From Nitrospira sp. (GTDB lineage Bacteria > Nitrospirota > Nitrospiria > Nitrospirales > Nitrospiraceae): a stretch of 64,000 bases of DNA. The stretch is from NCBI GenBank assembly GCA_047150005.1, contig AP038806.1, positions 864,001 through 928,000 of the forward strand. The letters are read 5' to 3'. The translations under genes were made by a program, and so were the position numbers. The first letter of the stretch is position 1. The number at the start of each line of letters is the position of its first letter. Shown here one piece after another: positions 40,787 to 51,005 of this stretch. The notes beneath the pieces are model-generated. The model was not told where the DNA came from and did no database searches. It was given only the letters and a program-made list of their open reading frames with translations.

Positions 40787-41308
40787 TTATTTCTCTTCTC
40801 GCACGGCGTCTTGATTGTTCACCGCCTGAAAGTCGTTCGCAAACACCGTCACCAGATCTTCCACCACTTTGGCAGCGTCGCGCAAATTCTTCGAACCGGG
40901 TGTCCCGATCACACCTTGCTCCCAGGTACTCGCAAACATCTTTCGCTGCGGCCGATGTGCCAATGCCACCGACTGCTTGAGGGCAACCGTGACAACATAC
41001 ACATACTGGTCCGACTGAATCTTGTATGTGCCCACCCGCACATACAGAGAGGGTTTGGACGGGGTCGTCGCCTGCTCCGCCGGCGTCAGAATCCGCATGC
41101 CACGTGATTGCAACGGACGTTCCGCCGCGGCGCGAATCAACTCCTCTGATAAGCCGTCCTCTTGAGCATCCGGCGGAACTTCCTCGATGATCACCGAGAC
41201 TCCAGGAAGATCGCGCAAGGATTCACGCTGGATAGAAGATGCTCCGTGGACCACACCTGAATCGAGGCTCACAAACACCGTCACGATCAGTAGTGCAAAA
41301 TATTGCAT
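40787..41308 (-). CDS. Hypothetical secreted protein
   Basis: Signal peptide and a coherent ORF (ESLRDLPGVSVIIE…ASTWE…FANDF). Confidence 0.7.
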   Translation of the reverse strand: MQYFALLIVTVFVSLDSGVVHGASSIQRESLRDLPGVSVIIEEVPPDAQEDGLSEELIRAAAERPLQSRGMRILTPAEQATTPSKPSLYVRVGTYKIQSDQYVYVVTVALKQSVALAHRPQRKMFASTWEQGVIGTPGSKNLRDAAKVVEDLVTVFANDFQAVNNQDAVREEK

Positions 41309-41495
41309 GGGATCACCATGATGAATGGTTAGGGAAAGGTGCACGATACCGTGAACCCGCGCTGCTGACAACCCCTCCTGTTCGACGGTAGCGGGTCAGG
41401 CGATCTTTCTCGCCGCAATTGTTCATGAATTGCCCGTGAACAAAAGCCCCGCCCGCGATGACGATGAGAGACCTGATCCGGCCTGCTTGCCGCTG

Positions 41496-42581
41496 CTACT
41501 GGCAGAATTTCAGTCGAGCTTCATCGTCAAAGTCATCGAGGTGCTCATGGTCAACGTAGGTTTGCACAAACGTAGATGGGATATACGTGGTCATTTCTGC
41601 GACCTCAATGGGCACCAGCGCGCCGCCGGCAGGACAGTCCTCAATTTTTCGAATTTCGATCGGTTGGTCACCCCGTAGCTGAACATAGCTCGAAATCAGC
41701 GAAAAGACGTTCGCGGGATACGCACGAGTCTGTGTATCCACCAAGGCGCCATCCTTGTGATAGATACTGGTCATCTTTCCCGTTCGAAATGTCAGCCACC
41801 CTTCCCGGGACGCGTCGCGCAGGCTTTGGTGATACAGCATCTGAGTCCCCTTTCTCCTGCAGTCCCGTGGAGCGACATCGAGCTTCTGGCCATCCGGCAT
41901 CCGGACCTCTAGTCCTTCCGGAAGAATGAAGAGGGCCTCGCTCCCGCCCACGTCAGCCAGGTGAAACCTCCGGAGAAACCCGGAGCAGATGTCGGAAATC
42001 GCCGTGACATGTTGCTCTGAGTCTAGGCTGACCCAGCTCTTCTTGCCTCGATCAAATCCCCGAGCGCCGGTTCTGGTATAGGCGAGCACCGTCTTGGTGA
42101 CCAGTGCCTGCGCGACTTGCTGCCAGGTCGGAGCTTGGGGCGCGATTTCCACAACTCGTTGTTGCGCCGAGGTCATCATGTAGGACAGGAATGCAACTCC
42201 GCCGAGACCTGGAATTCCGGAATCACTTTCAATGAGATGTTCACCGTATTCGAGAACGACCTTTTTGCTCGTGCGCGGGTTCAGCTCCGCGATGGGTTCC
42301 CCGTCGATCGTGATGCGGCAACCCAAGGGAGACATGCAGCGAAGCAAAATCTTCCCCTGCGGTGAAATCGCCGGATGGTCCGCCTCCTTTCTCCCGGCAC
42401 GAGTGTTCTCTCTTGCCGTTGCCCGCGGAAGTTGGAAAGAAGCCTTAACACCGGACGAAGCAAGGTGTGACCCTTGTTCTGCTCTCGTGTGGCCGTCGCT
42501 CACGTCATGGCTGAACAGCAACCAAACCGTCACAGCCGAAAAACATATTGAAGTCCACCGCATATTCATCAGTTCATTCAA
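41496..42581 (-). CDS. Hypothetical secreted protein, possible PEGA-like segment
   Basis: 361-aa ORF with a hydrophobic N-terminus and CRITIDGE…GEHLI. Confidence 0.6.
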   Translation of the reverse strand: MNELMNMRWTSICFSAVTVWLLFSHDVSDGHTRAEQGSHLASSGVKASFQLPRATARENTRAGRKEADHPAISPQGKILLRCMSPLGCRITIDGEPIAELNPRTSKKVVLEYGEHLIESDSGIPGLGGVAFLSYMMTSAQQRVVEIAPQAPTWQQVAQALVTKTVLAYTRTGARGFDRGKKSWVSLDSEQHVTAISDICSGFLRRFHLADVGGSEALFILPEGLEVRMPDGQKLDVAPRDCRRKGTQMLYHQSLRDASREGWLTFRTGKMTSIYHKDGALVDTQTRAYPANVFSLISSYVQLRGDQPIEIRKIEDCPAGGALVPIEVAEMTTYIPSTFVQTYVDHEHLDDFDDEARLKFCQ

Positions 42582-42741
42582 TCAACCGCGATCAGCATCG
42601 AGGTATGATCGTTGGTATTGGCAATCCTGAACCACGGGACTATTTATACCAGGACAATGCTCCATTCATACCTCCCCACCCAGATCGCGTCACGTCATTC
42701 ACCGAGGGTACGAATACTCACATCGGTTCGGTCTCAAGCAC

Positions 42742-43257
42742 TCACAGACGGCTGCTGTAAAGAGGAGGGTATAAGAGCGACACGTAGGAGATGTTCTGAT
42801 TCCAGAACCACAAGCTCACAATGCCCACGACCACGATGATCGGGAGTATCAGTAGAGCGAGCCCGGCGACATCATAAGGCGTCAACGCGTGGGTCATCAG
42901 CGTGCACATGCCTTCTTCTCCTGCCTTGACGGCACGAAGCAATAGGGCCGCGTTCACCGCATTACTTTTGAAATAAAAGGAATAGGCGTCTCCGATGAAC
43001 GGAACAGCTCCAAGTAGTCCGTTTTTCAATTGGTTAAAGGCCATGAAGGCGACGAGGCGCCATGGCACGTTGAGTTGTCGTGCCACGACGAGAATTGTCG
43101 CACCGAGCAAAGTGGCAATGGCGTCGCCGACAATCGGAATCAGCCCGATCAGGGGGTCGGCTCCGATTCGTATACGCGCGACCGGCAGCCTGATGAAATC
43201 GTCAAGCACATGCGCGATCGCCTCAGCTTGCTGCTCTTTTGTGCGAGTCACGGCCAT
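42742..43257 (-). CDS. DUF4112 membrane protein
   Basis: LDDFIRLP…RIGADPLIGLIPIVGDAI…GAVPFIGD…FKSN pattern. Confidence 0.85.
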   Translation of the reverse strand: MAVTRTKEQQAEAIAHVLDDFIRLPVARIRIGADPLIGLIPIVGDAIATLLGATILVVARQLNVPWRLVAFMAFNQLKNGLLGAVPFIGDAYSFYFKSNAVNAALLLRAVKAGEEGMCTLMTHALTPYDVAGLALLILPIIVVVGIVSLWFWNQNISYVSLLYPPLYSSRL

Positions 43258-43540
43258 TCCTCAACCTTACTCGCCTCCTGCCGGTAGTTCAAACGGCCCG
43301 ACCCACTCCCCGCCATATCCGACGGCACGCCGAACAGATGAGCTTCTCATCACAATCCCCCATCTGGTTTGTTACTCCTTGGAGTAGGAAGCCGGACTTG
43401 TCCGAGTTGCCGAAGCAACGGCCTCCTGAGGTTGCGCCCAGTCGCTCGCAACTGGTTCCAGCGGCATTATGGGACTGGTGGAAGTCAGATGAAGAACGTC
43501 AGCGAGTCTGCTCGTTTGAGATGAAGTGGCAGACCCAAAT

Positions 43541-44014
43541 TTAGCCGATCCGCCATTGGAGTAGCGATGCCGTCGCGGGCTCTCCGCTCACATCCGGAAT
43601 GATGTTCAGCTCGAGCATGATGGCGCCGATGAGCTCGACATAATGATCTTCGATCTCACTCGTCGATCCCTGTGGGCTAAAATTCCATTGTTGTCGCACG
43701 ATGTCTCGGAAGGATGGGGCTCCACTGGCTGACCACCGCAACGTGTATTCTTGCGTCCGGTGCAAAATCGACTCGGCGAACCGCAGCCGAATCCGCCTGA
43801 TGGTGAGTGGCCGATTGAACACCAGACGGATTATTTGTCGCCCAGGCACTCCCGCCCGCCATCCTGAGGGGCGATCCGGCAAGAATGCGTTCTCAACCGG
43901 TGTAGTCGGATCCTCCGACGTCACCTCTACGTCCGCAAGGTGCTCGATGCGAAGCCAATCCGGATCGGGCAAGGCCATCTTGCTGTACGGCTGGTCGATG
44001 AAGTGTTTACGCAT
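43541..44014 (-). CDS. Conserved hypothetical, galactose-binding-like fold
   Basis: VEVTSEDP…GWRA…QIIRLVF…RTQEY…RQQWNFSP…LELNIIPD pattern. Confidence 0.7.
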   Translation of the reverse strand: MRKHFIDQPYSKMALPDPDWLRIEHLADVEVTSEDPTTPVENAFLPDRPSGWRAGVPGRQIIRLVFNRPLTIRRIRLRFAESILHRTQEYTLRWSASGAPSFRDIVRQQWNFSPQGSTSEIEDHYVELIGAIMLELNIIPDVSGEPATASLLQWRIG

Positions 44015-44370
44015 AACGACAATTAGGAGGACGGTGTTTTTTCATGTCCGCGGCATTCTGCAGAATTCTCTTCCTTCAGGAATGCGGCACGTCCATAGCG
44101 GCACAGCACATGTTTTCATGGTCCGCCTCCCTAATGGGACCTGCTTGTACATGAGGTTCATCCTCCGGGGAGCTCACTGCACTTTCCTCGTCACATGTTG
44201 GCATGATTGTCATAGAGGCAACACTGGGGAAAGACCTTGCGAAGCGATGGGGGAAGGAGCGCCTATTCTCCGGTGTCGACGCCGGCGCTGAAGAGTTCGT
44301 CGGCATCTGTTTAGCTAGGGAAGTGAAATGTAGGCTCCTGCGAGGGACAAGTCAAACGCTGCTCACCATG

Positions 44371-44477
44371 GGTAGTGGGTCAGTTTGCCATCGGAAGCCC
44401 CGAAGTGTGTCATTCCCGCGGAAGCGGGAATCCAGTCAAGGCCTTCTCCCTCAGCATTGGGTCTTGATCCCACTACC
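44371..44477. repeat. Second copy of the REP-containing MITE-like repeat (no IS, one REP missing)
   Basis: Ends ggtagtggg…cccactacc. 44404-44444 is the exact reverse complement of the reconstituted IS30 target (100-116 + 1157-1180). Confidence 0.85.
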
Positions 44478-44631
44478 TCAACATGGCGTCATCTAGGTGG
44501 CAGTGTCGGCATTTTTGATGGCAGCCTTTACAGAGTCTTGCGTGCTGATCACTCCTTCGTCGACCTCGTGCTTCTGCATTCCGCATCTCGCACGGGCATT
44601 GGGCTCCGGACGGAGGGCCAAGGCATGCTCA

Positions 44632-44665
44632 CTGCACGGCGGATGTCCACGGTTCTTCGGGTAGT
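44632..44665 (+). repeat. 34-bp direct repeat, left copy
   Basis: ctgcacggcggatgtccacggttcttcgggtagt; 31/34 identical to 50538-50571. Confidence 0.8.
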
Positions 44666-45098
44666 TGATGGTGGGCTTTATACTCGATCGGTCGGCTATT
44701 CATTCAGGAGAAAGCTCGTCTTTTCGCTTTCCGCAACAGCCTCTTCCGCTCCCGCTCCTCCATGCTTACTGACCATGATCAAGACCGTGACTGACGAAAT
44801 GATGCCGGACGAAGAAACGCAGAGGTTGCTGAGAATGGTGGTGAGCCGGCTGTAACTCAAACCCAGAGTCTTCGCCTTAAAAGTTGCGACACTACGCCGC
44901 AAAATCAATGAGATCAATCGTCGGGGTCGTCCAATCAGCAACAAGCATTTACAACGCGTTGCAGAGTGCGTGGCCTATATAGGACATTCGGACGTCAGCA
45001 TCCCTGAATTTGCATACGCTTCTTCGGTACACAGTACTTGTCGTGCTTATCTTCCCATTGCAATCACCTGCTCGTTAGGATTAATCATCGCGACGTCC

Positions 45099-48000
45099 CT
45101 ACAGCTTTGCCCGTAGACGTTCGATCAGTCCTTTCATCTCGTCGGACAACCGTTCGTCCCGCTTGAGGTCCTCGATCTCGCCTAGCGCCCGACCGTCGCC
45201 GGTCGCGACCCACAACTGCGCGCGGAGAATTCGCATCCTCAGCATCTGGCTCTCGTTGGCTTGGCCAGATGCCATCGCGGCCTCGAGGTCTGCGATCGCC
45301 CGCGTCGGGTCGCTTTTAGACAAGGCGTTCGCTCGATTCATGCGTGCCATGAACAGCTGGTCCGCAGGGGTGTTCCGGTCGTCGATCACGGCCGTGAGTT
45401 CAGAAGCCGCGTGCTCGAACTGGCCGAGCTGGAAATAAGCGACTCCGCGATTGACGAGGACTCTTGCTTTGACGTCGATCTGCGGCGACAGCGACAACAC
45501 GTCCGTATAGGCGGCTATGGCTTCGTTGAGGTGACCGATCTGGTGGCACGTCTTCGCGATGTTGTAGCTCACGCGTACAAGGTCCTCCGCGGAGAGGCTC
45601 TTCAAGCGGAGGATCTGTTGAAAGTAATTGATGGCGGCGCTGTTGTCTCCCAAACGGTTGGCGAGGTCGCCGAGCCCCGAGAGAACGAAGAGCCGGGACT
45701 CCTCGTCGAGGTCCGTCCGCGCCGCAGCTCGCCTCAACGTGACGGCCGAGGTTAGCACCTCGGGTTCCGAATTCGGTCCGGAGGCGATCCGTTTGGCCAG
45801 CCGCGTTATGCCCTCGCGATCGTCTTTGCTCTTGATCCACTCCTTCCAGGAGACCTGCGCGATCTTCAAATCGCTCAAGGGCGAAAAGCGCGCCAGTGCG
45901 CCGAAGTGGCCATCGAGCACAAATCCTGCCCAGTGCACGGGGTCGCGTGGATGGTCGGCCCGCACGGCGGCGCGCGCGTCGGCCAGGGCTTCGAGACGGG
46001 TCGCCTTGTCGAGCAACCGCTTATAGAAATGGGTGACCAGCGCCTGAGAGCTCACATCGGGCACATCCCACAACGCGCTGATGACGCTCCGCACGCCAGC
46101 AGCGAGAAAAGCCCGGCGAAGCCCGTGCGCGCCGTCTCCAATCGTTAAATCGCCCAGGCCCGACCGGCAGGCCGAGAGCACCACCATATCGGTCCGCTGA
46201 AGATTGAGCTGTTGGATCTCGGCAGCTACAATTGTCCCGGTACCGGCCTCCGGCGGAATCTCGCGCCCTTCGAGCACCGCGTTCGCGCCGCTCATAGCAA
46301 GGCCGCTACGCTGCATCGCGTCTTCGAGCACGACCCGGCGGTCAAGTGCGTTCCCCAACGGCGCCGCGAGCGAGGCCGACATTTTTTCGGCGTCCTTGAA
46401 CGGGAGATTAAAGCCGTGAGTCGACAGATGGATGATTTCGGGAGACTGAGCGCGGAGCAGTTCCGGTCCGAGCGCCCAGACGCCCACCATTCCGTCCACA
46501 CCAAGGAGTGCCGCCACCGCGTTGCCTTCATCGCGTGAACCGCTCAGCTCCTGAAAATGTACTGCGCCGCCCAGCGATCGCTGCAGCAGACGATCTGGAC
46601 CCGACGCCAACGACGATCCGCCTGCGAACGCCGCCGGCAAATCGAAATCTGGGCCGGCCATTACGAGCGGCGCCCCACCTTTGACAAACACCTGCCGATC
46701 TCGCGCTAACTCGCCCAGTCTCATCAGGTAGCTGACGTCGGCCTTGTCGAGCAGGTAGGCGCCATCCGGTGCGCTCAGGATCTCAAACGGCAGCGCCCCT
46801 AACCCGCCGTCTGGGGCGATCAACAGATGTTTGGCCGCACTGATCTCAGCCCACAACGGCTTCAGGATCTTCGCGCCGAGAAACCGTGACAGCCGCCGCC
46901 ATGCAGGCGGTCGCGCGTCGTCGGTCCACGCTTCGGCGACGAGCGATTCGCGCATCTCGGCGACTGCGTGGTCGATCTCGTCGCAGAGACCAAGATCAAC
47001 CAACCGGATCGCCGCGGGCGCACTCAGGCCAACGACGAATGCAGCGTACCGATGGGCGGGCGCAGAGCCGCCGCGCCGCTCCATCATCACATCGCGAACC
47101 ACCACGATCTCGATCACAACCGCGCCGTCGGGAAGCGTTTGCTTGGATAGCGACAGCTCTTCCTCTATCTCCAGCTCTGAATCGCTGATGCCGCTCGCGA
47201 GCCGGCGCTCAAGGTCGCGCAGCGTCGCGCGAGTCCCTACGATCGAAAGCGGCTCTGCCGCATCGTCGCTATCGTCCTTGGTGAGAAGCGCAGCCGTCAG
47301 CTGGTCTTGGAGCTCCCGCATCTCGGCAAGTAGCTTCTTGAGCAACTCGTCGACGTCCGGTCGCAGGATGCTCTCGACGTTGCCGACGCCAGGCTGCCGC
47401 CAACGTAGGTATCGGGTGCGGACGCCCTTGGTGAGCTGAAGAAGTTCTAGGGCCGCAGCGAGTTGTTCGGGCGCCGGCGCAGCGATGCGGGAAAGCGACC
47501 ATAACCAGAGTGATTGTAGGTTGAGGACTGCTCGTGCAAACTGGGTCACCTGCAACTCGGAAGACTGCTGGACCACCGACGGCAGATGGTCGCGGACCAC
47601 GTTCTTCACGGCTCTGAGAACCTCGACGGCCGCGAGCCAGTCTTGCCGAGCGACACGGCACGTCGCCAGGCCCTCGACCATCTCGAAATAGACGTCGAGA
47701 GCGATCGCGCCACCGATGTCTTCTATCGGCAGCGACTCGAAGAACTGCTGAAAGAGGGCCTCAGCCTCGGAGTGTTGGCCTTGCTGGACTAGCCCAGTGC
47801 CGAGCACGACCCACCACACTGGATGATCTGTCGCGAGATCATCGTGAGCGATGGCCGCGCGCGCGAGCGTGACCGCAACGCCCGCGTTTCCGGACCGGTT
47901 GGCGAGAATCGCGAGGCTCTGCCGACTACGCCACACGCGTTCGGAGTCACCTCCGGACAACTTGGTGCGGATTGCCAGCGCCTGCTCGATGGACGTTCGG

Positions 48001-49325
48001 GCGATCGTGTAGCGGCCAACCATGGTGTAGACATCACCCAGATTATTGCGAATGCGCGCGCCCAGCTCCGTCTCCGGCCCGTGGAGATCGACCTCGACGT
48101 CCAATGCCTGGCGGTAGAACAGTTCCGCTTCGTCCACGCGACCCAGCACCCGGTTCAGCTCGGCGACTTCGTAGCGGCTGCGGTTCGTCTCGGGGTGTCG
48201 CGCGCCGAGCACCTGATTTCGCAGCGAGAAGCCAATCATGTGCACGCGGCATGCGTCTGGAAAGCGCGACTTATCATCCAGCAGCCGGCCTAGCGCATAG
48301 GCGACGTCTGCCGTGATCAGTGGATCCTTCCCGATGCGCTGTTCAACTTGGAGGACATGCGAATAGACGTCGATCGCATCATCGGTCTTCTCCGCCGCTG
48401 CCAGCGCGTCTGCCACCTCGCGCTGCGACAGCCGAGTCCGCGCGTCCTCGTCGCCGAACAAGCTGCGCGCGAAGTCGTACGCCTCACGTGCGCGATCGAT
48501 GGCAGGTTGCCCCGGCCCGGACTGGAAGGCCACCAGGGCCTGGAGGCGTCGAACCGCGTACCGGTCGTCAGGTGTTTTGGGATCGACAACGCGGGCGAGC
48601 CGCTCAGTGATGTCGCGTGCGACATCGACGGCCTTAGAGTAGAGAGCGGCGATAGCGACGTTATGCACGAGCGCGAAGTTTGATGACAGCATGCCTGCGT
48701 CGAGACCGCTAATGCGTCCGTGGGCTTCTTTAACGATACTGCGGGCCGCGTCGGGGTCACGACTGAGCCAATATTTGTGGAGTGCAAGGAGCACTCGGAG
48801 CGCAGGTGCGATTGCGAGAGTCTGTGGTCGCTGCCTCAGGTCGGCCACCGGAGCCTGCCAGTCCTCGCGCCCAGCCGCCAGCAGCTCCTCTGCGATCGTG
48901 ATGAAGAGGGTGGCGGCTTGGTCGGGCGCGGACGCGAGAAGTTCACCCGCGAGGTCGAGCGACTGTCTGCGCGCGGAAGAGGCGCTATCGGGTTGACCGG
49001 ACGCCTCGTAGTTGAAGGCGATCGATCGCAATGAGATGGCAAGCAGGAGCTGCTGGGCTGGCGGGCCTGTGGCGTCCCGCAAGATCCGTATCGCGTCCTC
49101 AAGCGCAGCCGTCGACCCGGTCAGGTCCCCCGATTCCCGAAGCGCGCTACCGAGCAAACGGCGCGCATCGCCGCGGCCGTGGAGGTCTTGCGGGGACTCT
49201 GCGTCGAGCCACGGAATCAACTCTCTAAGTGCCTGAGCGGCTTCCGCCGGTCGCTTCTCGCATAGCAACTGCTGGGCGCGCTCGCCCAGTGCGTCCAGGT
49301 CATGAGTCCTCTGCGCGTCGCTCAC
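45099..49325 (-). CDS. TPR-CHAT-TPR caspase-like protease
   Basis: N- and C-terminal TPRs (RNNLGDVY…; LVNRGVAY). CHAT motifs LLIAPDGGLGALPFEIL, IIHLSTHG, VVLSACRSG, VISALWDV and WAGFVL. Confidence 0.93.
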   Translation of the reverse strand: MSDAQRTHDLDALGERAQQLLCEKRPAEAAQALRELIPWLDAESPQDLHGRGDARRLLGSALRESGDLTGSTAALEDAIRILRDATGPPAQQLLLAISLRSIAFNYEASGQPDSASSARRQSLDLAGELLASAPDQAATLFITIAEELLAAGREDWQAPVADLRQRPQTLAIAPALRVLLALHKYWLSRDPDAARSIVKEAHGRISGLDAGMLSSNFALVHNVAIAALYSKAVDVARDITERLARVVDPKTPDDRYAVRRLQALVAFQSGPGQPAIDRAREAYDFARSLFGDEDARTRLSQREVADALAAAEKTDDAIDVYSHVLQVEQRIGKDPLITADVAYALGRLLDDKSRFPDACRVHMIGFSLRNQVLGARHPETNRSRYEVAELNRVLGRVDEAELFYRQALDVEVDLHGPETELGARIRNNLGDVYTMVGRYTIARTSIEQALAIRTKLSGGDSERVWRSRQSLAILANRSGNAGVAVTLARAAIAHDDLATDHPVWWVVLGTGLVQQGQHSEAEALFQQFFESLPIEDIGGAIALDVYFEMVEGLATCRVARQDWLAAVEVLRAVKNVVRDHLPSVVQQSSELQVTQFARAVLNLQSLWLWSLSRIAAPAPEQLAAALELLQLTKGVRTRYLRWRQPGVGNVESILRPDVDELLKKLLAEMRELQDQLTAALLTKDDSDDAAEPLSIVGTRATLRDLERRLASGISDSELEIEEELSLSKQTLPDGAVVIEIVVVRDVMMERRGGSAPAHRYAAFVVGLSAPAAIRLVDLGLCDEIDHAVAEMRESLVAEAWTDDARPPAWRRLSRFLGAKILKPLWAEISAAKHLLIAPDGGLGALPFEILSAPDGAYLLDKADVSYLMRLGELARDRQVFVKGGAPLVMAGPDFDLPAAFAGGSSLASGPDRLLQRSLGGAVHFQELSGSRDEGNAVAALLGVDGMVGVWALGPELLRAQSPEIIHLSTHGFNLPFKDAEKMSASLAAPLGNALDRRVVLEDAMQRSGLAMSGANAVLEGREIPPEAGTGTIVAAEIQQLNLQRTDMVVLSACRSGLGDLTIGDGAHGLRRAFLAAGVRSVISALWDVPDVSSQALVTHFYKRLLDKATRLEALADARAAVRADHPRDPVHWAGFVLDGHFGALARFSPLSDLKIAQVSWKEWIKSKDDREGITRLAKRIASGPNSEPEVLTSAVTLRRAAARTDLDEESRLFVLSGLGDLANRLGDNSAAINYFQQILRLKSLSAEDLVRVSYNIAKTCHQIGHLNEAIAAYTDVLSLSPQIDVKARVLVNRGVAYFQLGQFEHAASELTAVIDDRNTPADQLFMARMNRANALSKSDPTRAIADLEAAMASGQANESQMLRMRILRAQLWVATGDGRALGEIEDLKRDERLSDEMKGLIERLRAKL

Positions 49326-49334
49326 GGCATGTCG

Positions 49335-50072
49335 CTACGTTGGATAGTCCGTGTAATCCACTGGAACGAACGCCGTCGGCGAGGTCGTTTCCGCTCCACG
49401 AAAACGGTCGGGACGGAGAAACTGCGTTTGGATGCCGGAGACGCGCACGAGCGGCGTGAGCCCCGGGACGGCGACGAACTTGGCGCCGATCTTGGATTCC
49501 CGCTTGACCTGTAAGCCAGCGTCGAGGCTCGCCAGGGTCAAGGCGCCCGCGTTCACTCCTGCCTTCGCGGTAAGGTCCAAACCAGCGCTTTCGCCGTTCG
49601 AGATGATGATCGTCGACGCGCCGGCCGCGACGATCTCGGTGATGACGACATAATCCTCTGGCCAGGAACCGGCGGCGTGGAGTGCGAGCACCTGCTCGCC
49701 GACTTTCTGCAGGCTCTTGATTCGCTTCGACGTGCACTTCGCCATCCGAAGGACAACGGCCCGCAATTGGCTGAATGAGACCGACACACCGGCGTCGCTG
49801 ACATCCAGCATGGAGCCAACGGGCGGCGGGTCGCCACTGGCCTTGAAATTGATCGAGACCGCGCCAGCAGACGCGTACTCGATATCCGTCTCGGCTGGCC
49901 TGTCCTCAAGCTCGAAGGCGATCTTGAACTCTGTTAGATGCGACACCACTTGGATTTCGTGCCCGCGAAGGTCGCACACGTCACCGGGCGCAAGCTGAAC
50001 CGTGGGCAGCCAAGTGGCATTGTAATTGAGCTGCTCGAGGATCTCTTTCGTATATGAATCGTGAATTGCCAT
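49335..50072 (-). CDS. Bacterial gasdermin-like pore-forming protein
   Basis: 245 aa with P…LAPGDV near the N-terminus, YVVITEIV, amphipathic alternating beta segments, and RFRG followed by a short tail. ggag RBS; adjacent to a CHAT protease. Confidence 0.78.
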   Translation of the reverse strand: MAIHDSYTKEILEQLNYNATWLPTVQLAPGDVCDLRGHEIQVVSHLTEFKIAFELEDRPAETDIEYASAGAVSINFKASGDPPPVGSMLDVSDAGVSVSFSQLRAVVLRMAKCTSKRIKSLQKVGEQVLALHAAGSWPEDYVVITEIVAAGASTIIISNGESAGLDLTAKAGVNAGALTLASLDAGLQVKRESKIGAKFVAVPGLTPLVRVSGIQTQFLRPDRFRGAETTSPTAFVPVDYTDYPT

Positions 50073-50537
50073 ATAGACTCCTGTTCACTATTCCCCAAGC
50101 GAGTTTGAGATAGAACTTGATTATGGATAGAACACCAAGGGATGAGCGAGACGGCGAAGCGTGCGCTTAGCATGGCTTAATCTGCTTTTTGTTGACGATG
50201 CACACGCACACAGCAAAATTAGGACCAATAGCGATGCCGGCATAACCACCGGAATAAGTTGGAATAGTATATGATACGGTGTGCGTCTGGGCCGGATCAC
50301 TTTTGATACGGAGTGGATCAAGAGTGATACTTCGTATGAGACTGCGAAGCCGGAACCTTACAACAAGGCCGTGAGGGAATTGCGGGGATATTGCAGGTAG
50401 AAAGCTGCTTCTCATTATCACTGACAGTTAAGGCTGTTTCCATGACATCTGTATCTACATATCGTAAGACGACTTATCATGCCGTACTTTCCTCAGTTGT
50501 TTTTTGGAGCAGATCACTATGCTCCTGAGCCTGACAG

Positions 50538-50571
50538 CTGCACGCCTGATGTCCACAGTTCTTCGGGTAGT
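50538..50571 (+). repeat. 34-bp direct repeat, right copy
   Basis: ctgcacgcctgatgtccacagttcttcgggtagt. Confidence 0.8.
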
Positions 50572-51005
50572 CCTCGCTAAAAAGACGAAAGAAGTTTAAG
50601 GCTGCCCTCGACTTTGTTAGATATGAATCAACTCATTCGCGAGAAGAGAGATCATGTCTATAGAGTCGTCCAACGGAACTGAGGCGATTACAGGGAAACT
50701 GATCCGTGCTAGACGCCAGCGAATGCAGATGGCTCTTCGACTCTTCCTATCCAGTGGTGTGATTCGACTGGCCAAGGCAGAGCCTCCCCACGCGAGAATT
50801 GAGGCAGCAACTATCCTGCCTCCAACCGAACCCGCCGATCACGTCGTCTCAACGGCTGAATCATAGAAGCTGATATCCATGGCTCGACCGGCACTGACGG
50901 GACCGTCCAAGGCGTCTCGGAGCCGGTGTCAAGTCCTTAAACTTAAAAATGAAGCGGGTATGTTGGTCTTCTTAACGTTCTATCGGGAGGTGGGACTGTC
51001 TTCAC

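Noticed and set aside
44076..45050. Several short ORFs (44076-44306, 44385-44855, 44696-44944)
   Set aside because: They overlap repeats or each other and have no recognisable motifs; probably degraded DNA.
50121..51000. Short ORFs upstream of the gasdermin-like gene as extra system components
   Set aside because: No convincing RBS or motif; cannot be supported.
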